A stretch of DNA of 64,000 nt, taken from Octopus sinensis (taxonomy: Eukaryota). The notes beneath the pieces were generated by a model that saw only the letters and a program-made list of their open reading frames with translations, did no database searches and was not told where the DNA came from. Below, piece after piece: positions 1 through 13,432 of this stretch. A program made the translations under genes and the position numbers. Position 1 is the stretch's first letter. Every line of letters begins with the position of its first letter. The stretch spans positions 23,064,001 through 23,128,000 of the forward strand of contig NC_043004.1 of the NCBI RefSeq assembly GCF_006345805.1, written 5' to 3'.

Positions 1-81
1 TATATATGTTTATATATCTACGACTTATAATATTATTGGTGAATGCATATATATAGCATTTCTTTCAATATGTATAGATAG

Positions 82-112
<31 letters not shown>

Positions 113-162
113 CATACATACATACATACATAGATGGATACATACATACATACATACATACA

Positions 163-196
<34 letters not shown>

Positions 197-3100
197 CATA
201 GAAGACAAGCTGGCAGACAGGCACCTTGGATATCAGGGGCATTCATATAGGTGGGCAAGATATATTTAAATAGAACACAGTCGTAGATATTATTAAATAT
301 AAACGTAAATAACCTCTAATGCATTGTATAATAATGCTAATGAAATTTAAGAGTTTTAATTTATAATTAAAGAATTTTCTAGTAATTTGATATTCGAGAG
401 TAGAAATCTAATGCCCGTCAATATTGCTATTCTTGGTAACGTTTAGAGCTATTAATCCAACTTGCCGTGTGTCTATCTCCGTGATTTACAAAAATATTGT
501 TGTCACCAAGTAGAACTTATTCCGACTTCATTACACGTCCTAATAGAGAGAAATTGTATGCGCATACCTGACTGGGAAAATATCGCAGGGTCAAAGCACG
601 AAAAAGAAAAAAAAAAAAACGAAAATGCAAAATTTATAATACCAGTTTGGTATTAAAATGAAAGAAATGAATTAAGTATTTTACGTCTCAGATGCTGGTT
701 CTTCTTCAATGAAAAGCAGAGAAAATTGAACCAGAGTTGCGAGGAAGAGAAAACGTTACGCAGTAAGATTATATACGAAAGGTGCGTGTGTATATTGCGT
801 GAATTTTCTGTGAGAGGATATTATATAATTGTTACCTGAGTATGTTGTGCATTTAGGTATGTACATTCGCATGTTCTGTGATGTCTATATCTGGTATTAC
901 ATAAAGTAGCGATGCGCGATGTCTTGTTAAATTCAACTATATCTGTGTAGTTGCTATAAATTGATTTCAAATTTTGGTACATGGCTAGCAATTTCGGGGG
1001 TCGGTATAAATCGATCACATTAACCTCAGTGTTCAACAAAAACGTATTTTAATTACCTCTGTTGTGTGGACGCCCTCAGTCGATGAAGTAGGCTAGCGCA
1101 ATACGTAGATATAGAGAGAGAAGCCTGGACGTCAGCAGAATAGTAGATCGGAGGACAGTTGAGTAGCGGAGAGAACAGAGTTGAGTAGCAGTCAGAGTAG
1201 TGAGTAGTTGAGTATAAGGCATCCGAACGTGCGACATAACAACCTCCAAAAAATAAAAGGCAAAGTCGACCCCGACAGCATTTCAAATCAGTGCGTAAGT
1301 TGGGAAGAAATGCCGCTGAGCATTTTCCCGGGACGGTAACAGTTTGGCCAGCTCTGTGCCTTAAAGTTACCTTGAATTGAACAGCTCATAGTAAGTGTGC
1401 GTGTGAGTTGTTTGGAAGTATGTTCTTGCTGGCTATTTGGAGGTATGTGCCTGTGTGTGAATGTATATTATGGAGTAATACAAATCGACCTATGAAGTAC
1501 TACTGCTGCAATGCTTGATACATGTGGGAGCTATGTGCTAAATTCAGAAGTGGTACATCAATGAATTTGATAATGAATAAACTCTCACAATGAAGGAATT
1601 TAAATGAAAAGTGATATAATGTCCATGGCGAGCAAATGCTGGGAGGGTTTGGGAGTAAAAATTTAAGTTGAAAGAGTTGTGGGTGATGAACGGGATGCAA
1701 TAACGAAATTTATAATAGTTGAAGAAGAGATTCGAGTGAAAGATACAGATTGGTCAATTTCAGATATAAAGTAAATGGCACGGGTACAGGGTGTGCAGAC
1801 AGTGAGGTTAAGGAAAGAGACGTGTGAGAGCTTGTGCATGATGTATTCCTGACGCTAGACATAACAGAGAGCGAAAAACCAGCTCGTATTCTTTAAACTC
1901 CCGTAAATGATTCCAAAAGTATAAGTGGTTCCCTGCGTGAAGGCATAAATCGAAGAAGACGTATATGCTGAACTTCTCTAGATGAGATTTCGAGAGGATA
2001 TGCTTTGGGAAAGATTGGTAAACTAACTGGAGTCGCTAAACACAGAGAGAATATTGTGGAAATAAAATCGTAATCCGGAGCTATACAGCAATTGCTCCTT
2101 GTCCGTCATGCATCCTTAGGTGAGATAAGGTGTATGAAGCAAAGCCCACCAGAGGTAACTCACATCTACGATAGGTACAAGATCTGAGTCGGTGGATGCA
2201 GAATGAGGAAGATGCCTGATGACATCAGAGAAATGTGTGAAGAGGTCTTGTGCCTATAGCAGAAAAGAGAAATGTGTGATGTAGATTAATTGAGGCAGGG
2301 CAAGCGTAGTGAGTATTTCAGGTGTAAATAGAGCTTACGAAGAGATGAAGCTCAATAAATGACAATGATTTTCAGGTAGAAGAAGATGATAGGAGGGAAA
2401 GTGGGTGAGATGCGATGTATATGAAGAATTTATGCGGCCAAGCTCCAAGCTTTCAAATGGATAGGGGAGATAGCGGCACGCGCGTGTAAGCGGGTGTAGT
2501 TGATAAGAGTATACTCGATTGAGGAGAACGATTGCTTTTTGTGCAGGTGGAAATTACAAGGGATGAGATTATCGTGAAGGCAATGTCCAGAACACAGTAT
2601 AGTTGGAGTAGTGATTCTTAGAGGAATCTGGTGAGATATATGGGTAAGTGAAAACGCCTTTGGAAGAAATGATGTCAGAAATTGTTCAAGGGGAAAGAGC
2701 ATAGAATAAAAAGACACTGAGGTGAGGTTAAATTTAGAGATAATGGGAGGTTGGTGTTTGGTGTGGTGAAAATAATAATAATCTTATCTACAATATAATC
2801 CGAATGTAGAAATCCGAGAAAGAGAGGGTCAGTGTTTTTATCAGTATGGTAAAATTAATCCACGGAAACTTCTCAGAAATAAACGGAAATGTAAACTTTA
2901 TGATAGTAAGAAACGTTACAAGCATCATTCATTTAGTACAGGAGACTTTCTTCAAGGAAAAAGAGAGAAGTAATGTAGAAAGGTCAGATAGCAAATTATG
3001 TGTACAAGTTCCGTGGAATAAAATGATATGATTACATACGTATCTAATGAGGAGGAATGGTGTGAAATGAATGGCGGCCGGACATAGATAGACTAAAAGA

Positions 3101-4211
3101 GCTTCAATGAGTAAAAGAGCTTAACTGAGTAAAAGAGCTTAAAATATGTTATACGACGCGTATGCCTTTCTACATGTAGTGTTTGCTGTGTGCCTGGTGT
3201 ACTTTGATATATGAGTACTTATGTATGTATATATGAACCTAGCGTTCATTGCAAGTGTGTAAATATGTCTGCGTGTGTGGGGACGTGTATGCTCGTTAAA
3301 TGTCTAAAGTGATGTATGTTATTTGCGCATCTATGTTGTATCAAAAGGACTGTAGTTATGTTTCCTTGTGTAGTTCTGTACATGTATCAAATCTGCGTGC
3401 ATGATATACGTAATCCAGTGTGTGCGTGTTTGTGCTGTATATGTGTGTATGTATGTGTATTCATCATTTATAAACCAACTAATATGTATGTGTTCCCATT
3501 TGTGTATAAATATGTGTGTAACCATGCGTACATATGTGTATGTATGTGTGTCCGTGTGTACATGTGCATGTGCCTGCCCTTGTGTGCAAACACAAGTATA
3601 CGAGAGCATGTATGAATGAGTATGTAATTAATATCATATTTACATAGAAATATTGTACCTTCTTTTCATAATGCAATTAAAATTAACTTGAGTAAACAAA
3701 CTTATAAATAATATATGCGCATAGTTAATATCTTCACATTAGTTAATAATAATTATAAATATAAACATGCATAATTAATATCTTCATATAAGGTCAATGA
3801 AACATTAAAGATTTCTTCAGTTAATTGATATTATTAAGTTATAACTTTGGTATTTATTAAAGTTTCAAATTATTAACTTCTTATATAGCTTTACTGTCGC
3901 ACATATAAAGGAAGTGAACTTTCGTTTTATTTTATTGACCGAAAGCCACCCAAATGGCCTCGACTGAAAATGAACTGGAAACGTAAAACGCATTCTGCCA
4001 AACACTGCAAGTCTTTCTCTTCATTGCTATGTCAATGTTGTCAGCGAAATTACCTCAGATTTAAGGCTACAAAATTTAGTTTTCATGATGAATACCGTTA
4101 AAACAGTTCCGCTATATTTGTGAATAATATCATACCTAGTATGGTATTCTTCTCTGAATATTAGAAAATAAGAAAGTAGATATAAGTTTTGAAATTGTAT
4201 TATATATCATA

Positions 4212-4555
4212 GATGCAGGTGTGGCTGTGTGGTAAGAAGTTTGATTTCCAATTACATGGTTCCGGATTTACTTTCACTGCCTGGTACTTTAGGCGAGTGC
4301 CGTATATTATAAGCTGGGTCCGATCAAAGCTTCGTAAGTGAATTTGATAGACAGAAATTGAAAAACGCCCGCCTCATATGTGTGTCTTTGTGCTTGCTTT
4401 TGTTCCCACCACTACTTGACAACTGGTGTTGATTTGTTTAAGTCACAGTAACTGAGAGGTAAAATAAGTAATGGGGCCAACTAGTTCGCCTAAAACCCTT
4501 CAATGTGCTGCCCAAACTTGGCCGCAGTTCAGTGACTGAAACAAGTGATAGATTA
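4212..4555 (+). mobile_element. Degenerate tRNA-derived CORE-type SINE (family B, resembles octopus OR1/OR2)
   Basis: Head ggtgtggctgtgtggtaagaagttt... and tail ...ggccgcagttcagtgactgaaacaagt; co-linear with the better copies at 23742-24110 and 38144-38544. Confidence 0.7.
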
Positions 4556-5106
4556 ATTACTGAGTATTTAATTGAGAGCCAGTGGAGACACCGCTGCTTG
4601 GTTACCGTAACTGCCAGAACTAGTCCCAAACCAACCGTTTTACAAATGAACACGTTTATTTTTGATAATGTAGTCCGGGTTCCACTACCCATCAAAAGAA
4701 ATGTAATTATCGCACATGGAAAGCTTTAGGACTCCCTAACCGGAATTAAACAATTTACTCTGTTTTCAGATCAACGATGAAACCTCTATGTGACGAATGG
4801 ACCAGCTATGAGTGGTCGTCAAATATTTATTAAAATCATATCTCCGTAACTCACAGGAATAGAATTGCACTTAAGAATATGTGATTTCAGATGCTTCACA
4901 GCTGAATACAAAAGGGTTTGTCACGATTGGAGCCTCTAGATCGCAACTCAACTACATAAGCATGACAAAAACACAGTAAGAAAAGCCAAGCCAGCAATTC
5001 TGCATTTTAAAATTCCATGAAGTGACTCATCCGATAAATGGCATCTCTTCTTCAGTAATTCACCTAAAAACTGCGGAATTACATACATACATATATATAT
5101 ATATAA

Positions 5107-5410
5107 TAAATATTAGGGAATAAATCCAAACTTACAAGGAAAAATCAGATTTAGGATTGAATCCAATTTTATAGTAAAATATTATATTATATTAAATTAG
5201 AGATAGAACCACTAATAGGCAAATCATACAATGAAAAACTTAAGCCAATACATAAGATTATTTAATTTATATTATTTAAATATATAACAAAATTATTAAA
5301 AAAAATATAATTAATATAACACTACGATCGTTTCATGGCTGTTAATTTCTTTAAATTTTCGAGTTACAGTCATTCATCAGGTGGTTTAAATATTTAACTT
5401 GGTTTAAATA
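5107..5410 (-). mobile_element. AT-rich non-coding Penelope-like terminal-repeat element carrying a hammerhead motif, abutting (TA)n
   Basis: Shares about 150 bp with 7777-7927 (aaatattagggaataaatccaaa...) and contains the hammerhead core at 5320-5384. The Penelope link is inferred from the known PLE-hammerhead association. Confidence 0.55.
5320..5384 (-). ncRNA. Type I minimal hammerhead ribozyme motif
   Basis: Minus strand reads cac-CUGAUGA-augacugu...acagccau-GAAA-cgaucg-UA-gug: full core, 8-bp stem II with one mismatch, palindromic stem III (ACGAUCGU), GUA cleavage triplet and 3-bp stem I. Confidence 0.7.
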
Positions 5411-5443
5411 TTTAATAATATAAAGAGAGACAGAGACAGACAA

Positions 5444-5851
5444 AGGCATGGCTGGATGGTAAGAAGCTTGCTTCCCAACCACATGGATCTGGGTTCAGTC
5501 CCACTGTGAGACACCTTGAGCAAGTGTCTTCTACTATAGCCTCGGGCCGACCGAAAACTTGCGAGTAGATTTGGTAGACGGAAACTGAAAGAAGCCTGTC
5601 GTACATATATATATGTGTTTATATATCGATGTGTGTGTGTGTGTGTGTGTGTGTCTCTGTATGTGTCCCCTCCCCATCACCACTTGACAACTACTGTTGG
5701 TGATCTTATGTCCCTGTAGCTTAGAGGTACTGCAAAAGAGAGTGGTAGAATAAATACTAAACTTAAGAAATGAGTTCTGGGATCTATTGTTCGACTGAAA
5801 ACCCTTCAACGCAGTGCCCCAGCATAGCCACATTGAAACGACTGAAACAAA
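5444..5851 (+). mobile_element. tRNA-derived CORE-type SINE (family B)
   Basis: ggtaagaagcttgcttcccaaccacatgg...caccttgagcaagtgtcttctactatagcctcgggccgacc...gacggaaactgaaagaagcc, an internal (TA)/(TG) tract and the family 3' half. Confidence 0.85.
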
Positions 5852-6104
5852 TATTTTTTTTTTAATAATTGAATTTTAAAAAATTGGCAAAATTTATATC
5901 TCATTTGCCACAGATACCACAATATGGCATCAAAGCCTTCAATATTTTTTTAACTTTTCACTCTTTAACTACGCCTCCGTCGCAGAATTAATTTGGTATT
6001 CTTGTCGATAAGAATTCACAGAATTGCTGATATAGCTATGCTAATCTACTATAAGATTTTTGTAAGATATTTCAGATTTACGTGTAATATATGTGCGTGT
6101 TTAA

Positions 6105-6720
6105 GCCGGCGAGCTGGTAGAAACGTTAACACGCCGGGCGAAATGTGTAGCCGTATTTCGTCTGCCGTTACGTTCTGAGTTCAAATTCTGCCGAGGTTGA
6201 CCTTGCCTTTTATCCTTTCGGGGTCGATTAAATAAGTAGCAGTTACGCACAAGGGTCGATATAATCGACTTAATCCGTTTGTATGTCCTTGTTTGTCCTC
6301 TCTGTGTTTAGCCCCTTGTGGATAGTAAAGAAATAGGTTTTTCGTCTGCCGTTACGTTCTGAGTTCAAATTCCGCCGAGATCGACTTTGCTTTCCATCCC
6401 TTCGGGGTCGATTAAATAAGTGCCAGTTACGCACTAGGGTCAATATAATCGATTTAATCCGTTTGTCTGTCTTTGTTTGTCCCCTCTGTGTGTAGTCCCT
6501 TGTGAGCAGTAAAAAAAATAAGAAACGTTAACACGCCGGGCAAAATGCTTAGCGGTTTTTCGTCTGTTTTTACGTTCTGAGTTCAAATTTCGCCGAGGTC
6601 GATTCTGCCTTTCCGCCCTTCAGGGTCGATAAATTTAGTACTTGATGCGTACTGGGATCGATCTAATCGACTGACTCCCTTTCCAAAAATTTCGGGCCTG
6701 GTGCCTAGAGTAGAAAGGAA
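6105..6720 (+). mobile_element. Three tandem copies of a tRNA-derived SINE (family A, with a Nin/Deu-like central domain)
   Basis: gttacgttctgagttcaaatt(c/t)cgccgagg...ctttc..ggggtcgat occurs three times (about 6170, 6350, 6570). Copies 1-2 end in one tail type and copy 3 in another. Confidence 0.85.
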
Positions 6721-7019
6721 TATCTGCGCGTGTTTAGAGATTTTCGGATTTTATAAGATTCTGAAGTGGTATATTAATAAATTTAAGTAAATGATTAACA
6801 TGTAGATAGAAATATTTAACGATCAACAACTAATTGAAGCGCTGTGAATGCATAAAAAGGACTGGAACGTAAGATAGATATATTCGTGAGTGCATCTCTG
6901 TGTGTCAAATACTCCACACTACTCATTATAATTTCTATAAACGAGTAATACGTCTTACAGTCTGCAGAAAATAATTAAAGTTGCCGTGGTTTAGAATATT
7001 GCTTATTTGGTGTGAGTGA

Positions 7020-7109
<90 letters not shown>

Positions 7110-7200
7110 ATCATATCATACCAGATACCCAGATCATTTGTTCTGGATATGAAACTTCAAGCAAAACATCACCATTATGCATGCTTATAGATATACACAA

Positions 7201-7254
<54 letters not shown>

Positions 7255-7343
7255 GCGTGTATGTGTGTATAAGCGTATAAACATATAAGCATGTATATGT
7301 ATGTGTATGTATACATATAGAAATATATGTAGGATAGATAGAC

Positions 7344-7397
<54 letters not shown>

Positions 7398-7745
7398 GCA
7401 GAAAGGCAAACGGTCGGACGGGCGAAAGGACGGATGGGGATGCATGGATGAATGGCAGGAGAAATCGGAAATAATCGTAATTGCTGTATGAGTATGTGAC
7501 TTACCAAAGTGGTACAGCGAGTAATTATAAAGTAATTAAATATAATTCGAGGCAATTCACTAGTATCTAGGGTACAAAATAAATCACTGAATAAAATCCG
7601 ACACATGTGTACGTATATGATGGATGATATACTCGCAAATGAGTGTAACCTTGTAGCTTGTACCATACTATACTTTCGTTAATTGTTTTAGGTGCCTATA
7701 TAAACATTGACACATAAGTCCTATGTATGTATGTATGTATATATA

Positions 7746-7776
<31 letters not shown>

Positions 7777-7779
<3 letters not shown>

Positions 7780-7979
7780 AAATATTAGGGAATAAATCCA
7801 AATTTACAGGGAAAAAAATCAGATTTAGGATTAAATCCAATTTTATAGTAAAATATTATATAATATTAATTAGAGACAAAACCACTATTTTGCAAAACAA
7901 ACAAGGAAAGACTTAATCAATACATACAAGTCTTTCCTTGTTTGTTTTGAAAAATAGTGGTTTTGTCTCTAATTAATAT
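7777..7979. mobile_element. Second copy of the 5107 element family, ending in a fold-back hairpin
   Basis: Homologous to 5107-5260. 7867-7914 and 7928-7975 are 48-bp inverted arms with one mismatch. Flanked by (TA)n on both sides. Confidence 0.7.
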
Positions 7980-8143
7980 ATATATATATATTATATATAT
8001 ATATATATATTATATATATATATATATACATGTATATATAAATGTGTGTATGTGAATGTATGTGTATATATATATATATATATGATTACAGGCACACTCA
8101 AAGACACACAGGCATTCATGCAGGTAAATAGATAGACGGAGAA

Positions 8144-8197
<54 letters not shown>

Positions 8198-10095
8198 TAA
8201 ATGAATGGTTGACTGTGACTTCGAAGTCTCATCGATAGCTACCTTCGACAAGCTGTGAAGCTTTACGCTTCTCAGGTTTTGTACTTAAATGTATTTATTG
8301 ATATCTCAATGTTTATAACTGTACATAAAATGCGTTCGTGCGTATGTCCGTGTGTGATGCATTTCCAATTAATCTTTTAAATAAAATAAAAAGAAACGTT
8401 TCATGCTTATAAAACTTTGTTACTCTGCGACAATTATCCAACGGCACCGACTTAGATTTACCTTTGTACCGCCCTTCTTAGATCTTTTTTTTTTTTCTTA
8501 TCTTTAAAAATAAATCTCCTAAAAATCAATTCCGTCGTTTTTTTCTATTGTTCGATAGTATGGAATTTTCCCTCAGAAAAAAAAAAGATACATTAATACA
8601 AAAAATTTACCCGTCCAACGATTTGTCTTCTTAATTGAGGTTATAAATCAAAGTAGAAAATAGAATGTTTAGCAATCAAGCATTTCCGAAATAATATTAA
8701 TTATATAAAAAAAAATCATATGGATCTGTTATAGACGAGGATCGAAACTTAAATCTAATTTTCCAGGGTGTCATAAACAATGCTGTGTACTCAACCTTCC
8801 CGTCGTAATCGGTACTTTGATAATACAACGATAAAAGAAAGTCAAAAACAAGACGTTTGCAATTTTTGTCATGTGTTCCCACTTTGATGGTGATATATAA
8901 GTTTTCTTTGGATAACAAAATCAATTACTAGCGTATTGATTCGGTAAAGCATTTTTTTGTATTTCCTGGTTTTCGTCTTGTGATGTAGAGACCATAGAAA
9001 TTTTGATATTTTGTAACTCTAGTGGTTTTCTGTGTGGTTCAGATAAGATTATTGAGAGGAAAGAGATTTGTAGATCGCTACATTCTTCTAAAATAATTAA
9101 TTTAATTTTCTTTTCATTTACGAACAAAAATCATAAATTCGTGAAGAAAATAAACTAAAATAAAATTGCGTCCTTTTTGTTTCTTTTCATTTCTTGGTGA
9201 ACATCTTTGAATGAACAATTGTTACCAATTAATTCTCCTCGAAATGAATGCATAGAACCAGAGAACTGCATCCCTTCTGTTTCTAATTAATCTCTGATTG
9301 AACTGGTCTATTGAAGATGATGCATTGCCCGAGTCGATTGTGTTTTACAGTGCTGCCCTGTTCCATGGATCCTAGCGGCATTTGCATTGTATTTGTATAA
9401 TGTATGACGATCTAACTATGAAGTATTATTAATCCACGAGGGAAAAAATGTCCTTGTCAGAATCTGCTGGAAACCACATCAAACATTTAAACATTTGATA
9501 GAATTCATTTTCTTCATACAGTAGCTTGCCAAATTCTCATTCGTAACGTATGTTTCAAAAACATCAAATTTACACTGCACCACTTTTAAACTAATACAAT
9601 GCATAAGAAGAAATTCTAACGATGGCTTTACATAGAAGAGATGCGTCGCTGTCTGTATGTCCAATCGAGAGAAACTTTCTTGCATGCTCAAAACAATGCC
9701 CTTTGTATCGTAGCTTGTCACTTAAATATATCTGGAGACTCCACTGACCAATGCTTGATCTATGATTTACTCCTGTATTCATCAAGCGACGCAAACCCAA
9801 GGAAAAACAAATCTTTCTCAACCACTCAAGCAATGGACATAGGCTTCACCTTTTTATTATTCCGAGTTCCCTAGCAGACTCCTAGATCCATCCTTTCTAC
9901 TACTAGCTAAATAATTTCATCATTCTAAATTATGAGTATTCTATAGAAGCATTTTTACTCTCTTTCTTTGTCTCTCTCTCTCTCTCTCTTTGTCTCTATC
10001 TCTCTCTCTTCTCTCTTTCTCTCACCATCTATCCTTATCTCTATTCTTATTTGGAGATCTTTTGCCTTGCTTGAGTTGTTGGCTGTTATTTCCAC

Positions 10096-10163
<68 letters not shown>

Positions 10164-10522
10164 GTCTCTATGTTCAACCTCTTCATCCACTTTGTACTCC
10201 GCAGTTTTCCCTCTCACACAATATCTGACCCAGACTTGTCTACCCTTAACCCCATGCCACTCCAACAACATCACGCTTTCGTAATATATTTATACACTGG
10301 ACATGCAGTGATACCACATCAACTTTCCCCTTACCTCATTCTGTGATGAAGGATAATGAACCGAAACATTAGAGTCTCCATTATGATGTTAGTTGCCTTT
10401 ATTAATCCCTTCTATGACACGGTTCACAACTAGAAACAAGCCTTTGATTCCATAGATTTTGCATACGTGTCCTTCTCTTTTTTGGTATGCAAGTTTAATC
10501 ATTAAGATAGTCATCTTCTGCT

Positions 10523-10678
10523 TATTTAATCAAAAACATAGATTTTTTAATTGTAGATATTGTCTGCCTTCCATTACATTAATTTCAAACCTAAGCCCAA
10601 ATCTTCAAAAATAAAATGAAACTAAATAACTTGAAACATTAATTAAGAGATAATAGTTAATGAAAAGCAGCAGAAATC

Positions 10679-10712
<34 letters not shown>

Positions 10713-11049
10713 CTAAAAGATATTCTTTGGGACAGTCGAAACAGCCGACAAGCGGTCTACGATTATTTGTTCTGTTGTAAAAGCTTTTCCAAACCAACAT
10801 TTAATTACTATTATTTTTATCGTTATATAATTGTTTAGCTCCAAATTGGCCCGGGTTTTGTTTTCCCTTTGTCCAAAGATACTCTACCTTTGACCATATT
10901 TAATCAAAAACATAGATTTTTTAATTGTAGATATTGTCTGCCTTCCATTACATTAATTTCAAGCCTAAGCCCAAATCTTCAAAAATAAAATGAAACTAAA
11001 TAACTTGAAACATTAATTAAGAGATAATAGTCAATGAAAATCAGCAGAA

Positions 11050-11098
<49 letters not shown>

Positions 11099-11151
11099 TA
11101 TGTGTGTGTATGTATGTATATATTTATTTATTTATATGTTATGTGTATGTA

Positions 11152-11223
<72 letters not shown>

Positions 11224-12094
11224 ATATGCATACATACATATATAAGCATAGCATACACACACTCACACACTCTACATGCACAATTTTTTCTGGATCTTTT
11301 GCTTTGTTTTCTTATTTACTGTTTGCAGATTATTGGACAACATTTTAGGTGTGTTTGTGTTCTATGTATTTATTTATGTTCTGCACAATAACACCACATG
11401 TGTTTTATGTTAATCATATTTTACTATTTTTGTCTCCTTCAGGAAAAGTAAATGCTTACTGATAATTTTGCTTTTGTTGTGTTCTGTAGACGAATTAGTC
11501 TTGAAGCGGAGCTTGATGAAAAGAACTGGCGTGTTCGATGGGAAGACATCATGTACGGTCCACTTGATCGACATAAACGGGACCCAATGGGAAGTCGACA
11601 AAGTATTGCAAGGGTAAGTATCTATGCATTACACAATAATTAATACGTTATGTCAGCTCGATTGAACTGATATCCAGATTAAACTGTCGTAGATTAATGA
11701 TTGCATGGAAAAATAAGGAATTCAGTGGATATTGTAGTTTTCGAAATGAACAGCTGGGGAAAATATTTAATACAGGGTTTGGGGGGTAAGTGGAGAAGAA
11801 CTATAAGGATTTTATAAGATTTCAAAAGAATGTGAATTTTGTTCTTTTTTCTTTTAATAGATCTCGAATCACATATAAAGCTATAAATAGCAGTATGCAA
11901 ATATAGAGCTAAAAGATATTCTTTGGGACAGTCGAAACAGCCGACAAGTGGTCTACGATTATTTGTTCTGTCGTAAAAGCTTTTCCAAACCAACATTTAA
12001 TTACTATTATTTTTATCGTTATATAATTGTTTAGCTCCAAATTGGCCCGGGTTTTGTTTTCCCTTTGTCCAAAGACACTCTACCTTTGACCATA
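10523..12094 (+). repeat. Local tandem duplication A-B / A-X-B in which the first unit has lost X (which contains the exon)
   Basis: A: about 10525-10680 = 10899-11054. B: about 10709-10898 = 11905-12094. Both pairs are near-identical. Confidence 0.85.
11490..11613 (+). CDS. Internal coding exon of a receptor guanylyl cyclase (natriuretic peptide receptor-like; NPR1/NPR2/Gyc76C family), juxtamembrane segment just after the TM helix
   Basis: Pyrimidine tract plus AG acceptor (ttttgttgtgttctgtag, AG at 11488-11489) and AGG|gtaagt donor at 11614. Starts in phase 2 and translates (R)RISLEAELDEKNWRVRWEDIMYGPLDRHKRDPMGSRQSIAR, matching the family motif R..LE.EL....W.I.WE.I. Confidence 0.9.
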
Positions 12095-12590
12095 CCGTCT
12101 TTTTTTGTTCGGGCATACTATATATTTGATAATGTAATCAACCTTACCTTAATTTTTAATATAGAATACCTACGATTTCTGAGAGATTTGGCTGATACTT
12201 TTAGTAATATTTGAACTACTGAGCAAGGGTTTCCATGTTGGCTCGTCAGCATTTTATGTTGTGATTGCTGTTGTCGCTGTTGATGATAATGCTGTAGTTA
12301 ATAACGTTAACTTTGTTGTTGTTTGATGATGTTCTGATTCATGATGTTGTTGCTGTTGTCTAAGTGAGATTGGCTTGATCGAGCAGACATAGGTTCAACC
12401 GTGACCATTTCACCATTTTTACAGGTATTGCATATCTAGATATACATCCAATATGTAATTACATATCCAGAAAATAGGATGCTATTTAAGCAAGATTCCC
12501 TGCTATTTCTAGCTGTTAGAGAGACTGTTTACTGAGTCGATAATTTATTTGTAGGTATATGATTAACTGTATGTGTTTAGCTGGTTAAAT

Positions 12591-12646
12591 ATCGATACTA
12601 CTAAGCATTTTGCCTGACGGGCTATCGATTCTACCAGCTCGCCGGC
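12591..12646 (-). mobile_element. Family A SINE head fragment flanked by a 12-bp direct repeat (tggttaaatatc)
   Basis: The reverse complement reads gccggcgagctggtagaatcgatagcccgtcaggcaaaatgcttag; tggttaaatatc occurs on both sides. Confidence 0.6.
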
Positions 12647-13089
12647 ATTGGTTGGTTAAATATCAACACCTTGGGTATTATGGCGGTATATAAACAAACT
12701 ATACACACGTTTATTGGATACTAATAAAACGAACACTGGCTATGTTCATCTAAGACCTGATATAAACCGTTGCAGAAGTAGACCACAATTATAAAAAGGA
12801 GATATGAAGCGGCGTCTTGGAGTCAGCTATGTCGATCTTTATTTTCCTATTGTAAACCGTTTTCATATGTATATATATATATGAACTCCAAAACTATATC
12901 TGTAAAATGCAATGTAAACGTCTTAAACAACTTGTGCTCAAATTATATCTTACAGAAAAGTCTAATTATATATCTGCTCATATATACATAGATAATCTTA
13001 AATAAATGTGGGAATGTGGGTTTATATTATGTATGCATCAGATGAAATGCATATATGTCAGTACCTAGGTCAATGTGTGTGGATATATT

Positions 13090-13157
13090 ATATATGTCTA
13101 CACACATATTATATATATGTGTGTATATATACATATGTATACGTATGTATAAATATG

Positions 13158-13190
<33 letters not shown>

Positions 13191-13253
13191 ATATGTGTAT
13201 GTATATATATATATGTGTATATATTTGTGTATATATATATATATGTATATATT

Positions 13254-13303
<50 letters not shown>

Positions 13304-13401
13304 CATATATATTTATACATATACATATATACATATATATATATACATATATATATACATATATATATACATATATACATACATTCATATACATATACTT
13401 T

Positions 13402-13432
<31 letters not shown>

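Noticed and set aside
14-290. 12-bp inverted repeat (14-25 / 279-290) around a (CATA)n tract
   Set aside because: Too short to distinguish a MITE from chance in AT-rich DNA.
2216-2233. CTGATGA...GAAA on the plus strand
   Set aside because: The 7-nt spacer cannot form stem II, and there is no stem I or III.
1400-3100. 1.7-kb purine-rich (plus strand) stretch that looks like a decayed retroelement
   Set aside because: I could not recognise any RT, endonuclease or integrase motif in six frames. A Dfam or BLASTX search is needed.
3094-3141. Three tandem ~18-bp units (taaaagagctt..tgag)
   Set aside because: Ordinary slippage minisatellite with no unique spacers, so not CRISPR-like.
6105-6720. 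Repeated ~200-bp units resembling an array
   Set aside because: They are tandem SINE copies in a eukaryotic intron, with no repeat-spacer structure or cas genes.
1-11489. Search for the upstream transmembrane exon of the cyclase
   Set aside because: No hydrophobic exon with a phase-2 donor was recognisable. It probably lies before the window, though I may have missed it by eye.
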